Shown piece by piece: positions 37,579-52,500 of a stretch of DNA of 64,000 bases. The stretch comes from Camelus ferus (Eukaryota): the NCBI RefSeq assembly GCF_009834535.1, contig NC_045697.1:85934001-85998000 (forward strand), given 5' to 3'. Both the position numbers and the translations under genes were made by a program. Positions within the stretch are counted from its first letter, which is position 1. Each line of letters starts with the position of its first letter. A model generated the notes under the pieces. It was not told the origin of the DNA, ran no database searches, and worked only from the letters and a program-made list of their open reading frames with translations.

Positions 37579-40500
37579 CTAAAACCCAAATGTACTCCAT
37601 TAGCCTCCGTGACTCACAGAAGTCACAGAAAATATGAAACTAAGACATATTTGACAACAAATACTATTCATATGACTTTTCTCCCAAGTGGACAATCTCT
37701 CTGCGTGTGACTTTCACATCAGGAATGTTATACAGGCAGTTTCCTACCGATGGGACTTCGCTTAGCTTTATCCCTAATTTTACCCCTTAAAAGCACAGTT
37801 CTAAGACAGTGGGGTATGTTCTTCCCTCTAGGAACACAGAGAACAGGGATGCTTTTACAACCATGCTAAGGCCAAGCTTTCTAAACAAGATGTAAGTTTC
37901 CATCACGTAGTACACATCTGGCTACAGGAGCAATGCTGGGACTGCCTGGCTGTTATGGCTCTGCGTCAGAGACAGAGGGGCAGGATACAGTTTGCTTCTG
38001 TTAGTCTTATACACAGATGTATGCATGGAAGAGCTCTGCCTTTCATTCAGCCCAGCCACACCACGCACCACATACTCACACACACACACACACACAAAAT
38101 CTTGCTCAGCTGAGCACACACACACACACAGTTAAAATCTTGCTCAACCGAGATACTGCTTTGCATACAGCCTACATTCCCCCTTATCAAAGAGAAAAAG
38201 AGAGAAAGATATAAAGAAAGAAAGGGAGGGGGAGACAGAGACAGAGAAAGGAAGGAAGGAAGAGAAAAAGAAGTCAAAAGGTCTTAAGCCAAATTCCACT
38301 ATAGGCCACAGTGTCCCCTGCTTTTAAATGGACAAAAATTAAAGTAATACTTAAGCTTTTTACTTACTTCTAATAACACCTGGTTTGTTCTTTCCTGAAC
38401 TATGAACCAATACCAGAGACAAGGTGATAACAGACAATGAAGGAAGAAAAGACCATGACATGAAAAGAAAGGAAGAACTGATAAGACAGCTGGAACTGAT
38501 AAAAGAGAGAAAGAACACATTATTATCGTGGACAAGGGGTTGGGTTTTGGTGAGTCATCTGTCACCACTACTAAATAATGCTTCTAAGCTCACCAAGAGC
38601 CAATCTTTCACTCGGAAGCCATCATCCATACTCCAGGAAACATTATGCCAAGCTTTGTAACTCATAGCTCTAATCATACCAGTGAAATTTTAAACTTAAC
38701 ACAATAATTGGGTTCTCCCATCCATGTCTTGCATGATACATACTGGTCTGCTGTAGATTTCTAAGTGTAATTTAAGGAAAGGTTCTACTACCTTAATCAT
38801 GGAATAAAGAGAGGTGGCAAAGTTCTTCCTAAACTCCTTCCTAATGTTATACAGGTCAATCTCACTCCTGGAAACCAGCACTCTGATGAGGGTATGATCA
38901 TCTGTCCCCGCTCCCTTTAAAAAAGAAAGAGAGGCACGTTGTTTAAAAAAGTCAATTATATCATCAAACTCCCCTGAGTTGGGTGAATCAATAAAGTAAA
39001 ACAATTTAGCAGAATTGAACTACACATTTTAAGGAGAAAAAAACTCAATGTCTATTATCTAAAACATGCTAGAGAGATAAATTAACTAGAAGACTCAACG
39101 TATGCACTTACCTTCATAGCATAGTAGAGGGTTTCTGCGAGGTAGGCAGGTATACTTCGAATGGATTTCACTAAGAAAATAAGTAATATAATGGTCACAT
39201 GCTATTCTGATGTGAGAAAAGATGAAGTAATTAAAAATCAAAAGCTGCCCCAGGCTTACAGCTCTACTTATATAAAACTATGCAAGGAACACAGGCTAAC
39301 TAACTGCTCATTTGCAAGCTGCTCTGACCTCCTTGCTACCGAGTATCTCCACAGATCCTGGCTTGAGCTCTCCTCACAGTTCTGAGCGCTACACGGGGTG
39401 CAGGGGTTTCAGTGCCCCTTTGTTCTATGAGCACCTTTCTGCAATGGCAGTTTCGGCAGACTGGGCTGTTAAGCCACAACCTTTTTCATCCCCAGTGAAT
39501 TATACAAACATCCTCAGAGTTTTCACTTCAATATATTCAAGCAAATAATACAAGCTACTTACTCTCTCTAATCTGTGACAAACCTTAGACATCTGCCTGT
39601 AATCTTAATCCAGGTATTCTCTCCGTATTCTTTAACATCCGTGAGTCACACAGGGCGGCGTGAGACTCATACGTTTTGGGAGAAATACCCAGATAAACTG
39701 GTAACAGAAAAGAGTGTCTTCCCTGAAAATGTACAAATCGACAGTACCTTAGGGCTGCTCAGAACTCAATCTGCTTAGCTTCAGAAACTATCATATGAGA
39801 ATTCCTTAATATACCAAAATAACACATCATTGAATGGGAAGCAGTATTTTCTTTCTTCCAATGCTTAAGAAAAGCAGCCACCAAAACTAAAAACACCATA
39901 ATTTTTACACGTATTCCAGTTACAAAGGGGATATCTAAAAATTTTCTATTAAAATTCATTAACAGTGGACTCAAGTGAAAGGTTACTGTTAGTCCTGGTT
40001 CACGCACATTTTTAGCTCATTCTCCAGAAGTCAGAGAGCACAAGAACTTCAACTCAACACCAAATACTCGGAACAACAGCAGCCAAAGCTTCCCTCCACA
40101 CCCATATGAAGACCAGGACCACAGGCGACTCACAAGCTACATTCTCCCTGGACTAGAAGAATATCTACTACTACAATAAACTGCACAAACTCAGTTCTCC
40201 AATTTTTCTAGGTTACTCTGAATATTTAGCTAAAATTAAACATCAAACTATTTAATCAGGAAGACAGTCACCATCACATTTTCCACGGTTATCAAAGATA
40301 CTTTTTCTAAATCAGATTCTAATTTCTCAGTCGGCCTCAAAGCTGTGACAACGATATTCAAAAGAAAAGCAGAATTCCACAGGTGTCAGAAATAACATTT
40401 ACACGCCTCTGAGACAATGACATTTCAGGTTCACAGTGAAATAGTGTTATTTTTAATGCAGCTTCTAAATGATTTGTAAACAATTCTCTTAGTATTCCCA

Positions 40501-43500
40501 TAGAATTAGATGAACTAACTAGAAAATCATGTATTTCCAACATCAAAACAGACTTTGAATTGGAAATTTAGGGGTATGCTTCACCCAAATATCAAGGTAA
40601 GATCTTTTCATGAAGAAACAGCTAGCTATTTTCAGATACAGCTTCAACTGAATCAAATACTTCAGCTCTTAACACCACAAATATCATACACAATAAAAAA
40701 TTACTTACCGACAGCAAGGAGTAATTTCTCCAAATTACCAGAAGTCTCTCGGTCAATGGTTTCTTCAATTTGAAATCCTGATATAGTCATGTATTTGTCA
40801 AACACTAGAAAACAGGAAAGCAATTTCTTAATCACATAAGAATCACTTTCCAGAAACAAGGTATTTACTCTAACCAGGTACTTTCCTACCAAACACAAAT
40901 CTCCCCTTTTTCCTTGCTGAGAGACCCTAATTTTATTCAGAGCCTCAATGTGCCAAGCCCTAAACAATGGATTATAAATATTCTTTGTTTACTCACTTCC
41001 CAGAACCTCCTTATTAGTTTAAATGAGACCTAAAGGTAAATAAATCTGTTGGAGAGGATTCTGAGTAATCTTTCCCTTTCCTTATTAAAAGCAACAGACA
41101 GCTATTAGTTTACCCCTTTCTTTTCTTCTTGAGGCAAAAATGGTTGATATGCTTGGAGCAACAGCAGCCACGTTGTGACAAAGAGGTACCGAGCATGAGA
41201 AAGAAAACCAAAGCACTCAGGGGGGTGAAGCAGAAAAAGAAAAAGAGCCCAGGTCTTGCCAAATCAGCCAAGGAATCCTACCTACAGAAAGCCCAATTTT
41301 TAAAGCCACTATTAATAGTGTTTTCTGTCACTTGCCACTGAACTCATTCCTACCTGATACACAAATACTGATGAATATCCAGAAATGAGCCCTTAGGTAC
41401 CACTATCTAGGAGGAAATTCTTGTAGGGAGCTACAGCTCGGTGATTTGTGACTATGAGAGTAACAATCTAGAGGCCCACCTCCCTAATCATCATATGACA
41501 GTGAAGAGAGTTAGATTAAAGATGTCTAGTTTTGTGAAAGCTACAATAGCAAAGAGAATTGAGATTTCTCAAGGTCACCAAAAGAAAGAAATATAAAAAC
41601 TGATTCATTCAGTAAGCGTCTGTTATGCATCAGATAATTTTGACAAACTGGCTCCTGTACTTTAAAAATTAACCATTACATACAGAAAAAAAAATTTACC
41701 AAAGTACCTGCGTCATACACACTTTTTTCACTCACCCCTTCTCAAATGAGACACACTCCGTGTTCCAAAGATGGTAATAAACTTTTCTTCATCCGTCCCC
41801 CACTTAAGTTCTCCAGCCTGAAACAAAGCCTGTGAAAATTTCAACCCCAGTTAATAAACTGTTCTTCCATCTCATTTCCATGTTCTTCATCACACTTGTG
41901 TTTTAGTCCCTGAATGCTGATTTACCTGATTCTTCATCTCCTATTTTTCAATTCTAATGTTTCCTACTCTGAAACTCCCCTCACTGAGCTTGGGGCGACT
42001 TTGGACCTTGCCCCTGAACTGTGCCACAGAAGATTAGTGGGTCAGAGCGATAAGGCATAGCAATAAGGCCAAGTTAAATGTTCCCAAAAGGTCTACCATA
42101 ACTTCCAGTCATTCAGGAGCAATGGTGTGGTTGGTGGAAAGCTCTGATTACCCCACTGTTGATGCATCCACTTACAGGGAAAAAATTTAACCAGGAGCTA
42201 AGGTGTCTGCATTTTTCTGTTTTGCTTGCTCTGCAGCTGTTCAATAACACATGATAAAAAGGAAACTCTGTATTTTCTCATTATAAGTGAAATTTAAACA
42301 ATGCTAGCTACAGGAAGTTTCCCCATTTCTAAAAGATCACAATAAAACTGAAAGGCTGTGGGTGTATCACAGCTCCTGGCATACAGCAGGCACTTAATAT
42401 ATACTTGTTGAACAGTATGAGTGTTCATATTTAGTTTTTCACATGGAAAAGACTATATGCTTTCCAGTGTTCATATACTTGCTGAAAAAATAAAATCATA
42501 CACAAATACCATTATATCTGAGTCTATTTATTAAGACATAGATAATTTATTAAAACTCAAAGAATCTTTAAAATGTCTTTACTACCCTTTATTCATTTCA
42601 AGGTAAAAGTATACCTATTAAAACCAGATGAATGCAATTTGCTGAGACTGCTACTTGCAGCTGCCCTTATGCCTACAAATGGCAAAACAAATAAGGATAG
42701 GAGGTGATCAGAACACGTATTTGGATGTCAAAATTCTTATCACGTTATGTTTAAGAATATAGATTATTATTATATAGTGTTACAGATTTATTTTTTTTTC
42801 CATTTCCAGAGAATCATCTTTACGCTCAATTTGGAAATTAATTTATTTTAGTGAGAAAAATAACACCAATCCTGGTCATGTGAGCATGCTATTCCAAACT
42901 GAAAAGGAGTTAGTGTGAAAGTCATGAAAGTATGTAAACTTTAGAACTGTATCACAGTGTTACAGACCCATCTTAAAATAACTTTTTTACATATAATTAC
43001 AATGAAATATGTTCACTGAGAAATTTTGTGAAAAAGAGAAAAATCATTGAAAAAATAAAAATTACTATGAATACCAACATTCTGAGGATACTGGTTACTT
43101 ACCTCTAGTACGTTCACTACATACAGGTAAGATAGACACATACGGTAACACCTAGGAGGGTGTGGGGCTCATCCTGTACCACACGGCAAGCCCTGCTGAA
43201 GCCCTCCTTCCTTATCAACTGTGCTAGATTGCTAGGAATCTCCCCGAGTAGGTATAGCAGGTAAGCCTGTCGTACGGGAATAACTGGTGAAATGGCTATT
43301 TTTAACCATCTCTTAATTTTCTTGGAAGGATTATGTTTGGTATCAGTCTCTATTCTGGAACTACTACTAAGTAAATCATACACAGCAGTAACGACGGCAT
43401 CTTCACGCAGAGCGGTATTTACAAGTTTTGTTTTGTCTTGTTTTAACCTGAGGGTCCTTTCTTCTGAATGAGGATGCTTAGCGTCCATGGAGCCACCCTG

Positions 43501-46500
43501 GATGAGGGGCCCTCACACCTCCTCACCGTCCTCCGTCCTCAGAGGGGGCCTGACGGTGCAGCCCAAGCACACTTTGATAAGCAAAGTATAGCGGTTTTAG
43601 AGTCAAAAAAGACCTGGTCCTTGTCCTCAACTGAGTCTTAGATGAGTTACTTAATGTCTTCTTGAGCCTCAGTGCCTTCATCTACAGACTAGGAATAGTA
43701 TTTCTATGGAGTTATTACTGGAGATTTTGTAACTTAGATAATGAATTCACTGAGCAATGTCAGGTAACCAACAGTAGGTGCTCCATAAACACTGTTCCCC
43801 CACTTCCTTGAAGAGCTCAACCTTCCCTCCAGAGAAAGCACAAAACAAGGACTTGGTGGGGAAGGAGGTAAAATCAGTTTAACACATTAAAAATGTTAAA
43901 AAGAAAAGTGGGTTATCTACAAAATGTTCAATTCTCAGGTGAATGACTCACTGTGGCTTACCAAATCCTTGAAATAATAGGAATTCTCTTAGTGCCAGGT
44001 ATCGGTTGAGAAAAAAAATTCAAAAGCTTACGAAAGGGCCCTTCAGTTACTCTCAATTAAGAAATCTTAAATTCCCATTAGTGGTAACAGTCCAGGTACT
44101 CTTTCTACAAGGTATAAATGGGTGTGTTCCTTTTTATAATGCTGAAAGGATCATTTTCAACAGGCTGAATTAATTAATAAAAATACATTTTTACAAATCA
44201 AAGACTGTATGCTGTGTTGTTCCTGGTCACTGAAAAGGTAAGGAGAGCCTGGATACTGTTTCAGGGATATTTTAAAGTAACTTTGTAAGTCAGTTTTCAG
44301 ATGTACAAAGCTTTCCGTTCAGGGTCCCGGATGGTCACATCCCTGCAGGAGAGCTAAGTGATGCTTACACAGCCTGACCTCAAAGTGCAGTCCCTTGACC
44401 AGCATGGACGTCACCTGAGAGCCTGTCAGAAATACGATCCCAGATCCCACCCAGACCTCCTGAGTCACAACCTGCACAGAAAAGTCTGAGAAGCACTGCT
44501 TCTCAGAGTGAGTGCTCCGAGCAGAGACATCAATGGAAACGAGATAAAGATGTACTGTTCCTGCTCACAGGGCAGCAGCGATCTCATTACACCACCAGTT
44601 GTGCTGGGAAATCGACCCACCGCCCACTAATGGAGGCCTCACCACAGTCATCTGAGATTATTAAAGCTGGCTTCTTTCCCTGTGACCATGACCCCTACTC
44701 CTGAGAGGAGGAATGTGAGAACCAGCACGGTCACCTCCAGACCTACAGACAATGAATGCTGGGAAAGTACCGAGGTGGTCTCAGCAATGAGCAAAGCCCC
44801 TAACAGCAGGGAGTGTGGGTCTGCAGGCAGCCTTGGCCCTGCCCCTTAAGAAGGCGGGGTTAAGCTAGCTCCTTCCTTCCAATCTATACTTAATAGACGG
44901 GTTTTACAGTAGAGAAAGTGAGAAAGGAGCTAACAGGGAAGAACACGGAGCCTGCCATCTAGTGAAAGAGAGAGGGCTTTGAGGTTGGACAGGTGCAGGC
45001 AGGAACCCCAGGCTCCACCACCACTCAGTGGGGACCATGGGCTTGTTTCTTGAATCCCTGAGCCTCCGTTTCCTCATCTGTAAAAACTGAAACGATCCCC
45101 TCTACTTTAGAGTTAGACACTAACTCACTCCTGAGTTATTTACTGAGTGCTGCCAATATGCTAGGCTAACTGAACTGACGGCTCAGGGCGCCCTGGGTGG
45201 GTGTCAAGTGAACAGGCAGCTTCAGTATCAGGTGGCCAGCACTGGGACAGGAAGCTTGAGATGCTACAGTCCTCCTCGTAAGGAGCACCTGACACACACC
45301 TAGGGGGGTCAGGCAGGGCACCCTGAAAAGCAGCCTATCTGAGGACAGACCCTTGAAGAGGAATTAGGCGAGTGGGCGGAGGAAGGGGCGGGAGGAGAAA
45401 GAGCAAGTAAGAGAGAGGTTGGAGGCATAAGAAAGCAAGGGACAGGTAACAAGGAGGCTTAAAAACCACACTTGAGGTTTCCCCTGAGGACAATGAGATC
45501 CACGGAAGGGTTTTAAGATTTTAAGCAGGGATGGGACACAATAGGTTTGCATTTTTTAAGGGATAGTGAGGCAAGCATCAAACACTGCAGACGGCCCTCA
45601 GCAAACATTCTGTTTCCTCGCCTCTTCCCTCTCCAGCTACACAAAGAAATGCCGGCATCCCACAGCCATTAGGAAATCAACCTCCTGAAAAGAAGAATAA
45701 GGCCCTCCTTTCTCCTATTAGCAAAGTCAGTTCACACACCCAATGGCTTCTTCAGAGAGAACAGTCAGTTGGAGGAGAGAATACGGCTTTTCCCCTTTCA
45801 ACGATGTAATTATATAAATATTGTAAGTATAAACAGTAAGTGTAAACATTAATTTATATATACATTGAGAAACCAAACAACTTCATGTGATCCACTTTAT
45901 TGTGATATATACTTTATTGCATAGTCTGGAGCCGAACCCACAATACCTCCTGTATTTGAACCATGTGACCAGAAAGACAGGACTACGATATGTGATTGCA
46001 GGAACCCGAGTAATTTCTTTATTATCAATCTCCAGTTTTCAAGTTCCTCGTTTCAAATTTCCTAATACTTGTTTCCTACATTTGATTACTTTATAAACCA
46101 TACTGAGACTATAATGGGATTGAAAAGCCATTTCAGTACAAAATTTCATTTGGGAGTCACTAAAGAGCAGCTGACAAAAAGAACAATCCTATTTAGAATT
46201 CTACCAGAGGAAAGGTGGAGGAATTTTCAAATCCTACAATTAACTTCATCTATTATGTGATAAATCACAATTTATCACTAAAATACTTTACTCTTTCTTC
46301 TATATCCTTCTCTGCCAAGAGACTGACTGGCTCATTGGCAGAAGAATTTACCTGTTTTTCTGGTAAAATTCTCTACTTTGTGACTGTTCCACAACCACAG
46401 AAAAAAATAACATCTAGGTGGAACTCACTATCCATATAATTTATTTTATTTCATTTCAGCTTTGGGATAAAATATTTTTTGGCCATATCAAAATGTGAGA

Positions 46501-49500
46501 AATCGACCTACATGGGTCTTATGATTTGTAAAGGACCCACCAAGTTATTTTTAGATGCCATTATATATTATATAATATTATATACTACATATATAATATA
46601 TAAATATGTATTTTTCATTAGCATAAGCATGGATTCTTTTTTTCATTCAATGACATATGATTCAATATGTCATAAGCAAGTCATCACATAGTAAGTCTCA
46701 CCCACCTGAGCATCTTGTTCAACCTGTGCTTCGTCAATTCCAGCATCAGGGTCTCTATTAGCCTACAAGAGATAAAGTACCATATCAGACCTTATCAGTC
46801 CTACAATATCACACAAGCACTGTCCAAAACCAAACTGACCCTCTTGATTTTAAATTCTATGAACAAAAGAGGAAAGTGACATCCAAACAAACAAGCAAAC
46901 AAACAAAAACACTATGAGTTAGCTATGAAGAGTTCAGGTCAGATATTCTGAAACACAAACACAGGCACCACAAAGCCAGAATCAAGCAAGTACCAGAAAT
47001 AATTAAAAGAATTTTAAATGACCTTACTTAACTAGATTCAGATCAGTCCAGCTTCAGAGTTTTTTAATCAAACCATAAATAGTCTCCACCCAATACCTGA
47101 AGGAGGACCACCAACATCCTCTGGTAGTACCCTGAAGTATCCCCCACCACGTCATCTTCCAGGCTTGAGCCATATTCTGCAACAGAATAATTCCACACTT
47201 ATTTACAGCTTCTTTCAACTAGAAAGACATCCTGTCTCAATAATCAAATAGAAGAGACATAAAGGAAGAAATATTTGATTAGCATAAATGTTCATCTTTT
47301 TCTAAGGGCTTTAAAGACTGAAGGCAAACGCTTTAAGTGAGTGGCTAGGTGAAAACGAAGTCTCCCAAAAGCACTCGACTGAAACTTAAATGATGACTCA
47401 GCCGTTTAGAAATGCTCTCAGCCAATGTAGTTATTAGTCTACAGACACATGATGGTACTGGAAAGCCTCTAAAATACAATCGATCATAATTTTAAACTTT
47501 GTTTTGCTTTCTTTCAACTGTTTTACATGATTCCCCTCCAAAGGTATTTCTCTAATATTCTGATATCTAATATTCTAATATTTCTTTCATTGGGGCATGG
47601 CCATTGCTTCCCCTAATAAGATATTTTTTTCCTCTGCAACAAATAAAGTTAACTCTGAGAGGCAGCAGAGCTATTTTAAAATATGCCCTTCCCACCATTC
47701 AGTGTGAAGCCACAGCAAAGGGGAGAAGCAGGATCTGTAAGAGTTACAGGCACTGCCCTGTAACTTTCAAACAGCTGCTGTTGAAGGATCAAATGCTCTA
47801 AGGCATTTAAATATTTCACCATTATCTGAAAGGAGATAAACTTTATTTGAAACTTCTATTTTTAAAGTTCCAAAAGAGTTACATATTTATTTCAGTCAGT
47901 TACCCAAATACAAGACTTTGAAGGAATTATTTATTCCTCCCTCTGCTCCAATGCCTATATATAATTAACCATCAAATCTTTTCAAATATTCCTCCTCTCT
48001 CTGATGTATGCGCCTCCTACCTCCCACCAACCTAGGCTGAGCCATACCTGCAAAGCTTACCTCCCCCACCACCCAGCTACCTAATCAGCCTCTTGATTCA
48101 AATCTCCTCACTCCCTCAACTATCCCTTCAATACTCCACTGCCCACTCAGGAGCTTACAATCAAGGAGCCTCTGAGTCAAGTCCAAACTTCTAATCCAGT
48201 CTTACAAATCCACCTGTAACAGAGCCTAACTGCGCTAGTCAGTTCATCTCCAGAATGGACATGCACGTACCCTCCCTCAACGTACTTTTCTCAGTCCGGT
48301 TTCCGTGCCATGGCAGACAGTGGATGCACCTTGACCAAAAATGCCTTTGTCATCCACCTAAAACCCATCTGGTCTTGAAGCCCTCGCTCAGTGTCTGAAC
48401 GCACCGTGAAGCCCCCTCCTAACATCCAAAGCCATGATGACCTCTCTTCTCTGAATGAATTTTGCATTTTTTGTGTTTGACTTTTACTATCCTTTAACTG
48501 CAGTTTTTCTCAGTCATGTCATCCCTAGATAGACTGCAAACTCCCGAGGACAGGAGCTATGTTATGTACATCTTTTGCATCATTTCATGACAGCCAGTAC
48601 ACTGCCGGACACACAGCGAGTGCACAATAACACAGCTGGCTGGGTGGGCCATAAGCAGTTATTATACCTGAGGCACCCCATTTGTCACCCAGCAGCACAA
48701 AGGCTCACTCAGCAATGTCAACATCCCCAGAAAGAGATATCTGAAAATTAGAAACTCAAGGGTGACCAGCTGCAACTGAGATACATGTATTCCCTCTGCC
48801 TTAGTGGTGGGCACCTATCCAAGTGTAAAAAGAGGAGCAGGAAAGAAAGATCCAGCACTTCAAAGGTAAATTATTTAGCTGCGGTAAATTTCACACTGTT
48901 CTCACTGGCTAGGTTACAATGTCATTTTTAAGATTAACAGACTAATGCCAAGACAGGGACCCATTTTCCTCACTGCAGCCACTATGCTTGGAGGTGACAA
49001 TCTGGAAGGTCTGATCCTCCTCAGTCAGCTGAGAGGGAGAGTCTTCTACATGAAATCCGATGAGAAAAGAACTCTCCACCTTTACTTCCTATTTCATTTT
49101 CTTGGCTCCATTCACAGGATATGCTTCTGACTGAAATACAGGCTTCCCCCCCACCCACAAAAAAATTAGAAATAAAAAAGAAAAGACAACAGAAAGAAAA
49201 ATCAAAATGCAGAGTATTCAAGCATTGCCATCAGCTAAAACGAGATACATTTACTCATGTATTATCAACTCTGACTTGAACAAGGTTTTTCCTTTTAGAC
49301 AGCTCATAACTTCCACTAACATAAAATTGAATTTTTTAAGGAAGAAAAACAACTTACATCTTAAACTTAATGCAGAAGAATGACAATCTGTATATCCCTA
49401 TGCTAGCTGCAAATCCTATGTGAAAATAAATTCCATCCTCAACAGAAGCTTCTTATAAATACTAAAATAGTTACAGGTATAGTAAAAGGCAGCCCTTTTC

Positions 49501-52500
49501 CCTACAGAAGGAGAAAACTAGCTTGAATTGTTGCTTATTCAGTCATTCATTCATACGGAAATCATGTGTGGCCCGCCTCCTGTAACTATAAGGAACTGCA
49601 TTCACTTTAGAGAAATGAAAGTGACAGTGGCAATGAAGGGAAATGTAATTCAAAACATGTACCTTCTTCATAAACTTGTTTTATGGCTCTCAGTTCTTCA
49701 GGTGTCCTTGAAGCAATAATTTCTGTCAGGACTTTTTCATCTGTCCCAGCTCCCTGTTTGGAGATTGATTTTTAGTAGGAAAAAAAAACGTCAATTAAGA
49801 TTAAAAAGAAAGTGATTTTCCTGGGTGTTACCCAAATTGCATAAATATATAAATATTACCCAACATAACATTCACTTTTTTTCCTACTTTGACAAAGGAT
49901 GCTTTATTTTTCTTTCCACAGAAAACGTGTTTACTTTATCCATATTGAAGGACAACAGAAGTAAAAGGCAGCTTTGTTTATTTTCCAACATGTTGTTGTT
50001 TACATACTGCACCGTCTATGAATGGTAGTGGACGCTGCACTTATTGTGGGGTTTATTTTATGGAGGGTTTTATTCCTGAGTGAAAGATAAAAAGCTAAGG
50101 ATGAAAGTGAACATCTACTTTCCGAGGTCCCCACATATTGTCAAGTGTGGTACTTTAGGAAATTCAAAGATTGTGAGATGTCTTTTACTTCCTAAACAAT
50201 TTTTATGAATTATAAATTTCAAAGAGTTTGATAAAGGCTTAATCCTAAATCTCTTAGTTATCTAACAGGCAGTTGTGGGGTCTTCTGATTACTGTAATGA
50301 TAGAGCCCAACAATATAGGCAATGTTATTTTGAAGATGAAACATAACCATAAATTTTTAAAATGGAGCGTAGCATCATTGTATTTGAAAATATAATCTTA
50401 AACATTCACTTCCTATTCTATGAGTTCTAGCAGTTGTAGAAATAAAAAATGTCAAATTAATTTTCTTTCCAAAGACAATTTTATCCCTTTTTTGGTCTAA
50501 TGAAAAAAATGTTTATTGCATGTATGTATGTGTATACATATATATAGCATATAACATATATAAATTTATAATTTTATCAATTTAATTCTAAATGGTTTAA
50601 AAGTAAAACATTTTAGGGGGGAGGGTGCAGCTCAGTGGTAGAGTCTATGCTTAGCATGCATGAGGTCCTGGGTCCAATCCCCAGTACCTCCATTAAATAA
50701 ATAAATAAATAAACCTAATTACCCTCCCTCCCCAAGAAAAAAACATAAGAACTAAATTTTTTTTAAAAGTAAAACATTTTAATGAAACAGGAAATAAATA
50801 AAAAGGCTAAATAGTAAAAATGAAAACTTTACATAAATTTACTTGGAGGTGCACTGATACTTAATATACACCTCAAAATATAAACACCCCTGTCTCCAAA
50901 TTAAGTTCTCCATAGATCCACAGGAAAATTCTGCAGCAAAGGTAACAATAAACACAGCATCACTTAGCTATTAGGAAATCAGTTTTGGGGTCAGTATAAA
51001 GGAATTGTGACTTGCTTTCTGGATTTTTGAAAAATAATTTTAACTGGTTTTCCTTTTTCTGATTATAAAGTCACATCTACACTGCTGAATTAGAAGACAA
51101 AAGCAATGACACAGCAGAACTTAATTTAAAAGACAGCCTTATTCTCTTTATATTTCTGTTTCTTTACCAAAAATCAAGCACTGAAAAAACTAGGTTTATG
51201 CTCTGGCAGAATTTCAGCTACTGCTAACATTTCAGAAGGCTGCAAAAGTGCTCATTTCCAATAACCGAAGATTTTGTTCATTCCAAAGAATCTCTGCAGG
51301 AAAATGAAGAGAAGAAGCACAGAAAGGTTCCTAACTTGATAAAGCCCCTCTTCCCGCCACCTGAGCTACATTAACCTCCTTGTTGCTAAATTTCAATTTG
51401 CCCATTCAAAACCTAACTACTAATGACTGAACTATTCCGTCCCATAAGTCTAAACAAATGATTCAGCATGGTCATATTTATACAACATTCCAAACACCAG
51501 GCAAGGGAATATGTATTCAGTTATTTGCTACAGTGAAATTATATCAAGTTTACCAGCTATTTCATTTTAGTGTTTAGAAATACAGGAAAGAAGGAAAGGG
51601 AAAAGGGTTCAGAAAAGGAAAGTGTTTAGAAGTATCAAAAAGAAAGAAGAAAATCTATCTTATATCAAAATTCTCTCTGAAGCTTAATTTTTTTAATCTA
51701 AAATGATTGACAATATTATTGTTTCCTACTCAGGCTCCTCTATACTAAAAGATAAAGTATCTAATCTGTAACATTTTAAAAACACATCTCAAAATGAGAA
51801 AACGAGCATGAAAATAGAATATAAAAGGCTGTCAAATATATTAAAATTTTAAATACCCACTATTATTAACTGTACAAAGAGATTAAATGACACTCTATTC
51901 ATTTTCTCCCACCTTTTTTTTTCCCTTCTTTTTTTCTTATTGCCTCCTACAGTTTTGTCCTCCAAGAAACCTTCACTAAAAAATTCATTTTTTTAATATA
52001 AAAAAAAAATACAATGAAGTAATTACCAACACAAAATAATATGATACATGATAGGAATGTTCCTTGCACTCCTCCTTTTACCTTAAGAGCATGCTTCAGT
52101 TCATAGGCATCATAAAGCCGAGAGGGTTTCATCAGAGCCACGATTAATTTTTCAAATTTTCCAGTCAGTTCTGATTTCAGGTCATCCAAAAGGTCCTAAC
52201 ACAAAAAAAATATAAATTTGTTAACCAGGCATAAATTTAAGGAGATTCTTTTAAAAAATGAGAGACAGCCCTTTATTCTAATGAATTCTTTACCTTGCTA
52301 TCTCCCAGCAGAAGTAAGACAGTAAGCTAAACCACATGCGGAAGCTCCGAACAACGTACTGTGGACATCTGACCCAAAGCTTAAGCTAAAGCAAACCCAT
52401 TGAAGTGTCAAGGTACCTGTTTTTAAGAGATGTTTTTCTTTATCTCAAGAGTTTTAAAAAAATACTTTAAAAATAGGTTAAAAATTTTTATTTTAAAAAC

